Assembly (NCBI GenBank): GCA_963829445.1
Contig: CAWHIW010000017.1
Span: 89,225 to 153,224 of the forward strand
Direction: 5' to 3'
DNA from: an uncultured Solirubrobacterales bacterium
Lineage (GTDB): Bacteria > Actinomycetota > Thermoleophilia > Solirubrobacterales > 70-9
Length of the DNA stretch: 64,000 bases
Position numbers and translations under genes: made by a program. The notes under the pieces are model-generated. The model was not told where the DNA came from and ran no database searches. It was given only the letters and a program-made list of their open reading frames with translations. Below, in pieces: positions 9,689 through 20,854 of the stretch. The first letter of the stretch is position 1; every line of letters begins with the position of its first letter.

Positions 9689-11776
9689 TCACCGGCCGGT
9701 GACGAAGACCGGGCGGGAGAAGGCGGGCTCGTAGGGCCAGCCGTCTTGCGCGGGGGCGAAGGCGCGGAACTGGAAGCGGACGCCGCGGCTGTCGTCGTCG
9801 CTGAAGGAGTAGGGGTAGCGGAAGTGGCCGTGGGCGTCGGTCTGCACGGTGCGGAACTCGGACCAGTCGCTGCCGGGGAAGCGGAACTGGAGCTCGACCG
9901 GCCGACCGCCCGCGGGAATCGGCGCGCCGAGGTCGCCGACGCCGCCGCTGAAGACGATCGGCGCGCCGCCGATCCGGGCCTTGGAGGAGGAGGTGTGCAT
10001 CCGCACGTCGCTCAGGACCAGCATCCCTACGGCGCCGCCGCTGGCCCGGGTCAGGGTCCGGCTACCGGCGAAGACGGCTTCGACCTGGCGGCTGGGCCCT
10101 GGGGCCAGGCGGGTCACGAAGGTTCCGTCGGCCGCCGTCTCGACCGTGGTCGTGCGTTGCCCTGAGTCAGCGCCGGCGCTGAAGGTCTCGACGATCTCGA
10201 CCGGCATCCCGCCCTGTGCGATCCCGGAGGCCAAGGTCAAGCGGCCGGCGTAGGAGAGGCCGTGCCCGAAGGGCGTCGCCCTTGTCTTCGGCCGCCGCTC
10301 GAACGCCTCGATCTCCTCGCGCCGGCAGCGCCGCCGCTCCTTGCCACGGGCGCAGTGCTGCCAGATCAGGCGCCTGCCACCGAAGCCGGCGACCATCGCG
10401 GTCGGCTTCTTCAAGGGGTTGCTCAGCACCACACGGGTTCCGTTTCCACGCCGTTCGGTACTGCCGGCATTGCCTGCCGCGTCGTAGCCGCTCGCTCGGA
10501 ACTCATAAGACCCGGGCGGGTAGGCGTCGGAGTCCCAGCGCGCGACCAGCCGGTTGCCGGAGGCCGTGGTCGGCAGCGGCGCGAACGGCTGCCGCGAGTG
10601 AGCCGGTCGCACGGCGATCGATCCCCGTGCCGGGCTGGGTCCGGAGAGGGGGTCGGTGACGATGGCTTCCATCCGCTCCGGTTCGGCCGGATCCTGGGCG
10701 GCGACGAAGGCGACCCGGGGCGGGCTTTCGTCGATGCGAACCGCTGTAGTGGCTGGCGAGCGCGCATCCAGATTGCCGGCGCCGTCGCGGGCATAGAAGG
10801 CGATGGCGTGCGTTCCCTCGCCGCTGACAACGGTGGCGGCTGAAGCTCCTGGCTCGACCCTCGGCACGGCGCCGTCGACGGCGATCGCGGTGAACGGGCC
10901 GCTGGGACCGCTCGCCGTCATCCCGGACAGAGCGTCGGCCGCGCTCGCCGTCACCCGAACCGGCCCCTTGGCCCAGCCCGGAGGCATCCCGCGCAAGCTC
11001 ACCTCGGGCAGGGTGGCGTCGACGCGCACGATCGCGCTCCTGGCCTCCAGCGACCGCTTCCCGGAACCCGAGACGGCGACGGCGCGGACGTAGTTGATCC
11101 CCTCGGGCAGGGTGCCGAGCGAGAGCCGGTCGTCGCCCATGCCACCACGCAGGTCGGTCTCGGCGAGGCTGCAGCGATCGCTTCCCGCGCAGGGTGAGCT
11201 AGCGCCCCCGCGGTCGACTGAGACGGCGTAGCCGCGGATTCCCGAGACCGGCTGCGGCCCCGCGGGATGCTCGATCCTGACCACCGCGGCCGCGTTCCCG
11301 GCGACCCATCCCGGTGGGGGAAGTGGCTGCGCCGAGCCGGGCCGAGCATCGTCGAAGCGCAGAGTGGTGCTGACCTTCGGGCCGGGCTGGCCACCGGGGC
11401 CCTGGAGCCAGACCTCGGCCCGGTAGACGCCGGGAACGAAGGGGAAGGGGATGCGAACGTTGTCGATCCGGGTCATGTCCCCGGATATATGGACCTCCTC
11501 TTTGCTCAGCGCACTCCCGGCGGCGTCATAGAGGCGGTAGTTGGCGGCCGTGATCGGAAAGCCCTGTTCCGCGACCGGAGGGCGGAGCCAGCTGAGCAAG
11601 AAGTAGTTGTCCGGGTGCCAGGTGTCGGTGCTGTCGGCGATTCCCTCTCCATCCCAGATCCGCAGCTGGACCGGCAGCAGTTGGGACGCCTGGTCGGCGG
11701 CGGCGCCGTCGGCGATAAGCAGCGATGCGGCGAGGATCGCCATCGCCGTGCGGAGAGCGTTCCCGGCTCGTCTCAC
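9689..11776 (-). CDS. Large secreted protein with Ig-like/beta-sandwich repeats, unknown function
   Basis: Intact 695-aa ORF with a signal peptide (MRRAGNALRTAMAILAASLLIADGAAA) and a repeated ...TLPEVSL..GW..GPVRVTASAADALSG... type module. Its GTG start overlaps the stop of the upstream sigma gene (GTGA). Confidence 0.8.
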   Translation of the reverse strand: MRRAGNALRTAMAILAASLLIADGAAADQASQLLPVQLRIWDGEGIADSTDTWHPDNYFLLSWLRPPVAEQGFPITAANYRLYDAAGSALSKEEVHISGDMTRIDNVRIPFPFVPGVYRAEVWLQGPGGQPGPKVSTTLRFDDARPGSAQPLPPPGWVAGNAAAVVRIEHPAGPQPVSGIRGYAVSVDRGGASSPCAGSDRCSLAETDLRGGMGDDRLSLGTLPEGINYVRAVAVSGSGKRSLEARSAIVRVDATLPEVSLRGMPPGWAKGPVRVTASAADALSGMTASGPSGPFTAIAVDGAVPRVEPGASAATVVSGEGTHAIAFYARDGAGNLDARSPATTAVRIDESPPRVAFVAAQDPAEPERMEAIVTDPLSGPSPARGSIAVRPAHSRQPFAPLPTTASGNRLVARWDSDAYPPGSYEFRASGYDAAGNAGSTERRGNGTRVVLSNPLKKPTAMVAGFGGRRLIWQHCARGKERRRCRREEIEAFERRPKTRATPFGHGLSYAGRLTLASGIAQGGMPVEIVETFSAGADSGQRTTTVETAADGTFVTRLAPGPSRQVEAVFAGSRTLTRASGGAVGMLVLSDVRMHTSSSKARIGGAPIVFSGGVGDLGAPIPAGGRPVELQFRFPGSDWSEFRTVQTDAHGHFRYPYSFSDDDSRGVRFQFRAFAPAQDGWPYEPAFSRPVFVTGR

Positions 11777-13068
11777 GGCCCGAACTCCCCCGCCGGGCTG
11801 CCGGCGGCCGCACTCGTCGCGCTGCCTGCGCTGCTGGATTCGGGTGCGACCGGCGCCGGCGGGGGCGTGTATTCGGTGGCGCCGGCGCTGGTTTCGGGGG
11901 CGGGAGTCGAGACCGCCTCGGCCACCGGCGCCGGCTGGTGGTGGGAAGGAGTTGGCTCGGGGTCGGAGGCGACAGGCGCGGGTGCCGTTTCGTACTCGAC
12001 CCCGCTTTCGTCGCTCGACTCGGTCGCGATGTCCGGCTCGATCGTGCGCTCCAGCACCGCTGCCTTCGTGTGTTGCGGGGTGATGTCCAAGGGCGCCGGC
12101 ACGATCCCGGTCGCGACGCAGGCCGCCGCGCCACCGGCCGTGCCGACGCAGATCGCGGCGACCTTCGCCAGCGCTGCCACTCCGGCGCCGCGGGTGCCGC
12201 CCGAGGCGGCGACCTGCTGCAGCACCGAGTCGGCGTCGCCGCCGGCACCGCCGAACCGCGCGGTGAGCCCGGCGAAGGCGTCGTGGGCGCGGTCGAGCAG
12301 CGAGCGGCCGAGGGGAAGCGCCGGCGCCAGGGCCGCTGCAGCGGCGGGGGCCGCTCGATAGGCGCGCAGGGTGCCACGGCAGCTGGCGCAGGCGCGCAGG
12401 TGCTCGCGCAGTTCCGCCGTCTCCTTGCCGCCGGTCTCGCCGTCGCAGAAGGCCGAGAGCAACGGCCGCATCTCCTCACAGCGGCTGCCGTCGCGGCTGT
12501 CCGCGAGGACGCGGCGGAACTTCTCTCTGCCCTCGGCCAGGCAGCGGTTGATCTTGGTGTGGCTGAAGCCGGTGATCTCGCCGATCTCCTTGTAGGAATA
12601 GCCCTCGGCAAGCAGGCCGAGGGCGCGCAGCTCCTGCGGCTTCAGGGTCTGCAGCGCCTCGCGGCTGCGGGCTATCGCTTCCTGGCGCTCGGCCCGCTCG
12701 GGCGGGCCGTCGGTCCGGGCCGGGATCATCGCCACCCAGTCCTCGCGCCCCGGCTCGGGGATCGAGGCCGCGGGACCGCTGAGGATCCGCTCGCGGTCGC
12801 GCTTGACCGCCAGCGCCTCGTGCTTGACGACGGTCTGGGTCCAGCGGATCAGGTCCCGGGGGTCGTCACTCGGCGCCTTCAGGAGGAGGATCTCGAGCGC
12901 CCGCTGCAGCGCGTCTTCGGCGTCGTCGGCGCAGAGCGAGTAACGGCGGGCGGTGCGGCGGAGGGCATCCTCGTGGCGCGAGTAGGTCTCGATCGCGGCA
13001 CGCTTTCGCGACGCCTCCGACACCGCGGCTGGCGCGGTGCGCTCCTCCCCCTGCTCAATCGAACTCAT
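11773..13068 (-). CDS. ECF sigma factor fused to a zf-HC2 (ZAS) anti-sigma domain, a TM helix and a Pro/Ala/Glu-rich tail
   Basis: Sigma-70 region 2 (DAEDALQRALEILLL...WTQTVVKHEA), region 4 HTH (LKPQELRALGLLAEGYSYKEIGEITGFSHTKINRCL), then HLRACASC (Hx3Cx2C) and a TM segment (VAALAKVAAICVGTAGGAAACVATGIV). The start is ATG 13068 (MSSIEQ). Confidence 0.8.
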   Translation of the reverse strand: MSSIEQGEERTAPAAVSEASRKRAAIETYSRHEDALRRTARRYSLCADDAEDALQRALEILLLKAPSDDPRDLIRWTQTVVKHEALAVKRDRERILSGPAASIPEPGREDWVAMIPARTDGPPERAERQEAIARSREALQTLKPQELRALGLLAEGYSYKEIGEITGFSHTKINRCLAEGREKFRRVLADSRDGSRCEEMRPLLSAFCDGETGGKETAELREHLRACASCRGTLRAYRAAPAAAAALAPALPLGRSLLDRAHDAFAGLTARFGGAGGDADSVLQQVAASGGTRGAGVAALAKVAAICVGTAGGAAACVATGIVPAPLDITPQHTKAAVLERTIEPDIATESSDESGVEYETAPAPVASDPEPTPSHHQPAPVAEAVSTPAPETSAGATEYTPPPAPVAPESSSAGSATSAAAGSPAGEFGP

Positions 13069-13240
13069 CACTCGACTCCCCTTGCCCCGCTTCAATCTCT
13101 CGTACCGAACATAGGCAGCGTTAACCACCTCACGACCACTTCTCTCCCCCCACTCAGACGATTTTCGGCCTTGGATTTTCGGAAATTGCGGGAAGCACCC
13201 ACCACGCAACCGCAGGGTGAGCCCCGATAGCATCGGCGCC

Positions 13241-14188
<948 letters not shown>

Positions 14189-14195
14189 CCGGCCG

Positions 14196-15137
14196 TTGGC
14201 CCTGAGCACCGCGGGCCGCACCTGTCTCCTGATCGGCGCCCGGGGGTTCGTCGGCTCCCACCTGCGCCAGGCGGCTTCCGAGGCCGGTCTGCATGTGGTC
14301 GCCGCGTCGCGTCAGGGCGGCGAGGTGCCGCCCTGCGACCTGCTGAACCCGGTGGCGGTGGAGGAGTGCCTGCGCGCGGTCGCACCCGACCTGATCCTCA
14401 ACGCCGCCGGCGACCCCTCGGTGGCCCGCAGCTGGGAGCAGCCGGATGAGGCGCGCGCGATCAACGCCGGCGGCGTCCGCAACCTGCTCGAGGCGGCTGC
14501 CCGCGCGGTGCCGGCCGCGCACCTGGTCTGCCTTTCCTCGGCCGCCGTCTACGGCCAGCCCGGGGAGGCGCAGATGCCGCTGCGGGAGGATTCGCCGCCG
14601 GCGCCGGTCAGCCCCTACGGGAGGGCGAAGCTGGAGATGGAGGGGTTCTGTCGCGAGGCCGAGGAGGCCGGCCAGCGGATCGCGGTGGTTCGCGCCTTCA
14701 ACCTGATCGGCCCCGGCCAGCCACCATTCAACGCCGCCTCCAGCCTCGCCCGCCAGATCGCCGCGGCGGAGCGGGACGGCGAGGCGGCGGTGGAGCTGCT
14801 GCTGGGCAACCCGGGGGCCGCCCGCGACCTGATCGACGTCCGCGACGCCGCCCGGGCGCTGCTGGCGCTGTCGAGCGGCCGCGTCGCCGGCACCTTCAAC
14901 CTCTGCTCCGGCCGGGCCCACAGCGTGGCCGAGCAGGCCGCGGTGCTGGCGCCGATGACCCCGCTCGCGGTCGAGGCCCGCCATGATCCGGGGCTGTCGC
15001 GCCGCTCCGACCCGCCGCTCCTGCTCGGCGATCCCAGCCGGCTGCGGAGGGCGACCGGCTTCGTGCCGGCGATCGCGCTCGAGCGCAGCCTCGGCGACCT
15101 GCTCGAGTGGTGGCGCCGGCGGCTCGCGAGCGCCTGA
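14196..15137 (+). CDS. NAD-dependent epimerase/dehydratase family protein (sugar-nucleotide reductase/epimerase)
   Basis: Intact 313-aa ORF with GARGFVGSH Rossmann motif and catalytic SPYGRAK. Confidence 0.75.
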   Translation: MALSTAGRTCLLIGARGFVGSHLRQAASEAGLHVVAASRQGGEVPPCDLLNPVAVEECLRAVAPDLILNAAGDPSVARSWEQPDEARAINAGGVRNLLEAAARAVPAAHLVCLSSAAVYGQPGEAQMPLREDSPPAPVSPYGRAKLEMEGFCREAEEAGQRIAVVRAFNLIGPGQPPFNAASSLARQIAAAERDGEAAVELLLGNPGAARDLIDVRDAARALLALSSGRVAGTFNLCSGRAHSVAEQAAVLAPMTPLAVEARHDPGLSRRSDPPLLLGDPSRLRRATGFVPAIALERSLGDLLEWWRRRLASA

Positions 15138-15164
15138 GCGCCCCTCTCAATATCCTCCCGGCGG

Positions 15165-16811
15165 ATGCCAGGCGAGAACGACAAGCCGACGACGGCGGAG
15201 ATCCACCGCACGATCGCCCCGGTGGTGGGTCCCGACGACGAGCGAATCTTCACCGACTCCGGGATCGAAATCGAACCGCTCTACGACGAGAGCGACGTCG
15301 CCCCCAACCTCGAGCAGCGTCTCGGCGCCCCGGGCGCACCCCCTTTCACCCGCGGCATCCACGAGGGGATGTACCGCGACCGGCTCTGGACGATGCGCCA
15401 GTACGCCGGCTTCGCCTCGCCAGAGGACACCAACGAGCGCTACCGCTACCTGATCGAGCACGGCTCGACCGGGCTCTCGATGGCCTTCGACCTGCCGACC
15501 CAGCTCGGCCGCGATTCCGACGACCCGCTCTGCAACGGCGAGGTTGGCCGCACCGGCGTCCCGATCGACACGATCGAGGACATGCGGATCTGCTTCGACC
15601 AGATCCCACTCGACGGCGTCTCCACCTCGATGACGATCAACGCGCCCGCCGCGATCCTGCTGCTGCTCTACGAGCTGGTCGGCGAGGAGCAGGGCGTCCC
15701 CTCCGAGAAGCTGCGCGGCACCGTCCAGAACGACGTGCTGAAGGAGTACATGGCGCGCGGCAACTACATCTACCCGCCGGTGCCGACCATGCGCCTGACC
15801 ACCGACATCTTCGAGTACTGCCAGACGCATGTGCCGAAATGGAACACGATCTCGATCTCCGGGTACCACATCCGCGAGAAGGGCTGCTCGGCCGTGCAGG
15901 AGGTCGGCTTCACCCTCTCCAACGCGATCGCCTACGTCGAGGCGGCGCTGGAGCGGGGCCTGAAGATCGACGACTTCGCCCCCCGCCTCGCCTTCTTCTT
16001 CAACTGCCATAACAACGTCTTCCAGGAGATCGCCAAGTTCCGTGCGGTGCGGCGGATGTGGGCCAAGATCGTCAAGGAGCGGTTCGGGGCGGAGAACCCG
16101 AAATCGATGCAGATCCGCTTCCATACCCAGACCGGCGGCGTCACCCTGCAGGCCCAGCAGCCAGAGGTCAACATCATCCGCGTCGCCCTGCAGGGCTTCG
16201 CCGCGGTCAGCGGCGGCACCCAGTCACTGCACACCAACGGCTTCGACGAGGCGCTGGCGCTGCCGACCGAGCGCTCCGCCCGGATCGCCCTGCGCACCCA
16301 GCAGGTGCTCGCCTACGAGTCCGGCGTCGCCGACACCGTCGACCCCTTCGCCGGCTCCTACTTCGTCGAGTCGCTGACCGACGAGATCGAGCTGCGCGCC
16401 TGGGAGCTGATGGACAAGGTCGGCGAGATGGGCGGCTCGGTCGAGGCGCTGGAGTTCATGCAGCGCGAGATCGAGGAGTCGGCCCAGAGCTACCACGAGC
16501 GCTACCAGTCGGGCCAGGACATCATCGTCGGCGTCAACAAGTTCGTCACCGACCAGGTCGACGACGTCGACATCCTCAAGGTCGACCCCGAGGCCGAGCA
16601 GCGCCAGCTGACCCGGCTCAAGGCCTTCAAGGAGGCCCGCGACCAGGCCGACGTGACGGCCAAGCTCGAGACCTTGCGCGACGTCGCCCGCGGCGACGGC
16701 AACCTTCTGCACCCGATCCGATCCGCCCTTGCCGCCAACGCATCGATCGGCGAGGTCTGCGGCGCCATGCGCGACGTCTTCGGCGAATACAAGGGCGGCG
16801 CCTTCTTTTAG
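15165..16811 (+). CDS. Methylmalonyl-CoA mutase, catalytic (substrate-binding TIM barrel) subunit without a B12-binding domain
   Basis: Intact 548-aa ORF with RQYAGF (Tyr) and [11 protein letters not shown] (Arg), the residues typical of MCM rather than ICM. No C-terminal cobalamin-binding domain is present. Confidence 0.9.
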   Translation: MPGENDKPTTAEIHRTIAPVVGPDDERIFTDSGIEIEPLYDESDVAPNLEQRLGAPGAPPFTRGIHEGMYRDRLWTMRQYAGFASPEDTNERYRYLIEHGSTGLSMAFDLPTQLGRDSDDPLCNGEVGRTGVPIDTIEDMRICFDQIPLDGVSTSMTINAPAAILLLLYELVGEEQGVPSEKLRGTVQNDVLKEYMARGNYIYPPVPTMRLTTDIFEYCQTHVPKWNTISISGYHIREKGCSAVQEVGFTLSNAIAYVEAALERGLKIDDFAPRLAFFFNCHNNVFQEIAKFRAVRRMWAKIVKERFGAENPKSMQIRFHTQTGGVTLQAQQPEVNIIRVALQGFAAVSGGTQSLHTNGFDEALALPTERSARIALRTQQVLAYESGVADTVDPFAGSYFVESLTDEIELRAWELMDKVGEMGGSVEALEFMQREIEESAQSYHERYQSGQDIIVGVNKFVTDQVDDVDILKVDPEAEQRQLTRLKAFKEARDQADVTAKLETLRDVARGDGNLLHPIRSALAANASIGEVCGAMRDVFGEYKGGAFF

Positions 16812-16859
16812 GGATGGGCGCCACCGCGTCTCCGCACGACCTGGAACGTGCGTGGCGCT

Positions 16860-16929
16860 GCGCATACCGGCGTCCTCAGTCGCCCAAATAGCGCTGCTAT
16901 TCGGGCTCCCTGCGTCCTTGGTCTGCTGG
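16860..16929 (+). repeat. Family E 3-prime-end structured repeat, copy E3 (diverged central hairpin)
   Basis: GCGCATACCGGCGTCCTCAGTCG...AATAGCGCTGCTATT...CTCCCTGCGTCCTTGGTCTGCTGG aligns with E1/E2 in both flanks. It has a different but still palindromic centre and is bracketed by GCGTGGC/GCCACGC. Confidence 0.5.
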
Positions 16930-16988
16930 GCCACGCCCGCCCCAGGTCGCACGTTTCCACGATGTCGACCATCCAGATTTAGCGAATG

Positions 16989-17761
16989 TCAATCACAGGC
17001 CTGGCGGAGGTAGGGGAGGCCGTCTGTCTCGACCACCAGCCCTAGCTCAGGCCAGTAGAAGTCGACTTCGAGACCGTGACCAACTGTTTGCTGAGCGGCG
17101 AGGGCAGCCCGGCGGCTGTCGCGATCGGGCGAAAGAAGATCTCGAGGTCGGAGTCTGAGAGGCAGAAGGTGAGTCTGTCCAATAGCTGGCGCAGCGGCCT
17201 GACGCCGGGCTCGCCGGTGTGGTTGTCGAGGGCGAGGCGCAGCGTCTCAGGGTCGACCAGGTCCCGCTTGTCGGCATCGTTCACGGCGCGCTCGGTGGCG
17301 ATTGGGCCGAGTTCGGACGCCATGTCGATCAGCGTGCGTACCGCGCTGGTCACCGGGATGTCGTCGAGCAGGATGATGTCCGCTGCCACGAGCGCGGGAC
17401 GCCCGCGAACCCGCAGCCCCGGCCGCCGCAGTTCACAACGACGGCACACGCTCACGTCGATGAGCCCTGGTCGCTCGGTCCCAATCCCCAATAAAGCTGC
17501 GGCGCTGCGGTGGCTCAGCGCCGCTCCCTCTCCGCAGGTGAGCACCGCCGCCATCCAGCGTCGCCTTTCGGTTAGCTGCGGCCAGCCGACCGCGTAGACG
17601 CCGCGGGCAACCGGGTGCAGCCGCCTCCTCTGGAGGCGGTGCTCGATCGCTCTGTTTCGGAATCCGAGCGCGAGCAGCTGGCGTCGCGCAAGAAGCCCAT
17701 GCTGCCTCCCCGCAAGCTCCCAAGCTCGCGCGTTTCGCGTATCCGACCTTGTCCCCTCCAT
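16989..17761 (-). pseudogene. DUF559/AbiEi-like endonuclease-domain protein remnant (frameshifted and C-terminally truncated)
   Basis: The N-terminal part is LLARRQLLALGFRNRAIEHRLQRRRLHPVARGVYAV. The C-terminal VGHGLEVDFYWPELGLVVETDGL is readable only after a frame shift near 17090 and stops prematurely. Confidence 0.6.
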
Positions 17762-17778
17762 GGTGGGGTCAAGGTCGG
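17743..17778. repeat. Family D short hairpin, copy D1
   Basis: CCGACCTTGTCCCC-TCCATGGT-GGGGTCAAGGTCGG, related to the hairpins at 42176 and 52182. The loop contains the ATG of the DUF559 remnant. Confidence 0.45.
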
Positions 17779-17883
17779 GAGCGCTTCGAGTTCTCCCCCG
17801 CCGTTGATTGCCGGCACCTGAACGGTCTCTCCCAAGCCGGGAGAGGGGCAGGAACGGTCGCCCGCTGGTGGAAGCGGGTCCCG

Positions 17884-18099
17884 ATGATCGAGGCATCGCG
17901 GACGCTGATGAAGTCGGAGCCGGAGCTGGCCGAGCTGCTCAGCGCCGTCGAGGGGGTCGAGGTGACGATGGCCGAGAAGGGCTTCGGCACCCGCGTCGCG
18001 ATCCGCGCCGACGAGGGGACAGGGCTCGAAGTGGCCGACCTCGAGGCCTTCCTCGATCGCCTGGCGGAACCGCAGCGGCGGCCGTTCGGCAGCGTCTAG
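17884..18099 (+). CDS. Small hypothetical protein (weakly supported)
   Basis: 71-aa segment starting MIEASRTLMKSEPELAELL within ORF 17749..18099. It has no recognisable motif and lies upstream of the repeat-protein gene. Confidence 0.25.
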   Translation: MIEASRTLMKSEPELAELLSAVEGVEVTMAEKGFGTRVAIRADEGTGLEVADLEAFLDRLAEPQRRPFGSV

Positions 18100-18165
18100 C
18101 GCCATTCCAGACTTCCAACGAGTGCCAAACATCGGCGGCGCCGCCGCCAGAAAGCGAGCAACGGA

Positions 18166-18849
18166 GTGAACCGACTGAAGCAGCACCTGACCTTCGCCAA
18201 CGTGGTCTCCTGCATGGCCCTGTTCGTCGCCCTCGGCGGTGGCGTCGCCGTTGCCGCCGGCAAAATCGGCCCCAGCTCCGTCAAGGCGACCAACATCGCC
18301 AAGGAAGCGGTGACCAACCCGAAAATCAAGCGACAGGCGGTCACCTCGGGCAAAATCAAGGACGGCAACATCAACGCCGCCGACCTCGGCACCGGCGTGG
18401 TGATCAACTCCAAGCTTGCCAAGAAGGCCGTCACCAACGCCAAACTCGGCAACGAATCGGTCGGCACCAGCAAACTCGCCAAGAAGGCGGTGACGGAAAG
18501 CACGATCGGGGCGGAAGCCGTCACCAACGGCAAGCTCGGCAAGGAATCGGTCAGCGCGGCGAAGCTCTCGACCTCGTTCTACCTGCAGCTGCTGAAGAAC
18601 GTCACTTACATCAGTGAAACCAGTGTCTCCAATCCGGAAGACTCAAAGTCGGTTACCGCTGTTTGTCCGGTCGGCAAGGAAGTCCTTGGTGGAGGCGTCC
18701 GTATCAACGGCGCCAATACGAAAACCGTCCCGACCGAATCGTCGCCAGCCGCGAGCGCGCACCTGGGTTGGACCGCCTCCGCGCGGGAGATTGAACCGGA
18801 GGTCGCCAATTGGTCGGTCACGGCATTTGCGATCTGCGCCGAACTCTAG
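18166..18849 (+). CDS. N-terminally anchored decapeptide-repeat protein with a Cys-containing C-terminal domain (paralog of 55090..55737)
   Basis: Anchor [24 protein letters not shown], then about 10 tandem 10-aa units ([20 protein letters not shown] ... [10 protein letters not shown]), then a domain with [11 protein letters not shown] ... AICAEL. GC content is visibly lower than in the neighbours. Confidence 0.75.
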   Translation: MNRLKQHLTFANVVSCMALFVALGGGVAVAAGKIGPSSVKATNIAKEAVTNPKIKRQAVTSGKIKDGNINAADLGTGVVINSKLAKKAVTNAKLGNESVGTSKLAKKAVTESTIGAEAVTNGKLGKESVSAAKLSTSFYLQLLKNVTYISETSVSNPEDSKSVTAVCPVGKEVLGGGVRINGANTKTVPTESSPAASAHLGWTASAREIEPEVANWSVTAFAICAEL

Positions 18850-18875
18850 GCACGAATGGAGCAGCCCCAGCGATT

Positions 18876-18903
18876 CGGAGGGCCCGCGCCGGCGGGCCTT
18901 CCG
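18876..18903 (+). terminator. GC-rich hairpin downstream of the repeat-protein gene (possible terminator, no U-tract)
   Basis: CGGAGGGCCCGC-GCCG-GCGGGCCTTCCG, a 12-bp stem including one G-U pair. Confidence 0.35.
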
Positions 18904-18979
18904 GCTGTCTGGGGACACCGCGCGCGCGGCCCAAATAGAATCCCGCGCCGCCCTTGAGTCACGAGTGCCCCCACCGCTG

Positions 18980-20548
<1,569 letters not shown>

Positions 20549-20562
20549 GACGGGACGTGGGG

Positions 20563-20684
20563 GGAGGAGTCGGGTGCCCCTCCTGCTTGCTGTCTTTTTC
20601 GCCTGAACTGCTTGTGGCCGTCCGAGGTTGCGGCAGGGACGAAAAAGGGAGCGCCGCTGCGCTGGAGGGGCACCCGACTCCTCC
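20563..20684 (+). repeat. Family A long hairpin (REPIN-like) repeat, copy A1
   Basis: The outer 21-bp arms are GGAGGAGTCGGGTGCCCCTCC / GGAGGGGCACCCGACTCCTCC. The inner conserved blocks are TGCTTGCTGTCTTTTTCGCC and GACGAAAAAGGGAGCGCCGCTGCGC. Confidence 0.7.
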
Positions 20685-20854
20685 TCTCAGGGACGTTCTA
20701 CTTCGGGGAGCTGCAGCTCGAGGTTCGGCGAGCCCGCGAAGAAAGCAACCAGCTCCGTCGCTAAAGGAAGAGATGAACCGCCCGAACCCTGGAGCGCCTG
20801 GAGTTAATGGCGCGAGCCTTACTCCAGCTGCTTGGACTTTTGGCGCGCTCGGTT

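Noticed and set aside
16812-18979. The lower-GC islets (16812-18979 and 54946-56297) as a prophage, IS or integrative element.
   Set aside because: No integrase, transposase, recombinase, phage structural gene, tRNA attachment site or terminal direct repeats could be identified. Only a decayed DUF559 gene and short hairpin repeats are present. I keep them as compositional islets of unknown origin.
20552-20696. Family A as a classical MITE with target-site duplication.
   Set aside because: Only copy A1 has flanking direct repeats (GGGACGT), and these are offset 4-5 nt from the arms. The other three copies have none. The terminal arms differ between copies instead of being conserved transposase-binding TIRs.
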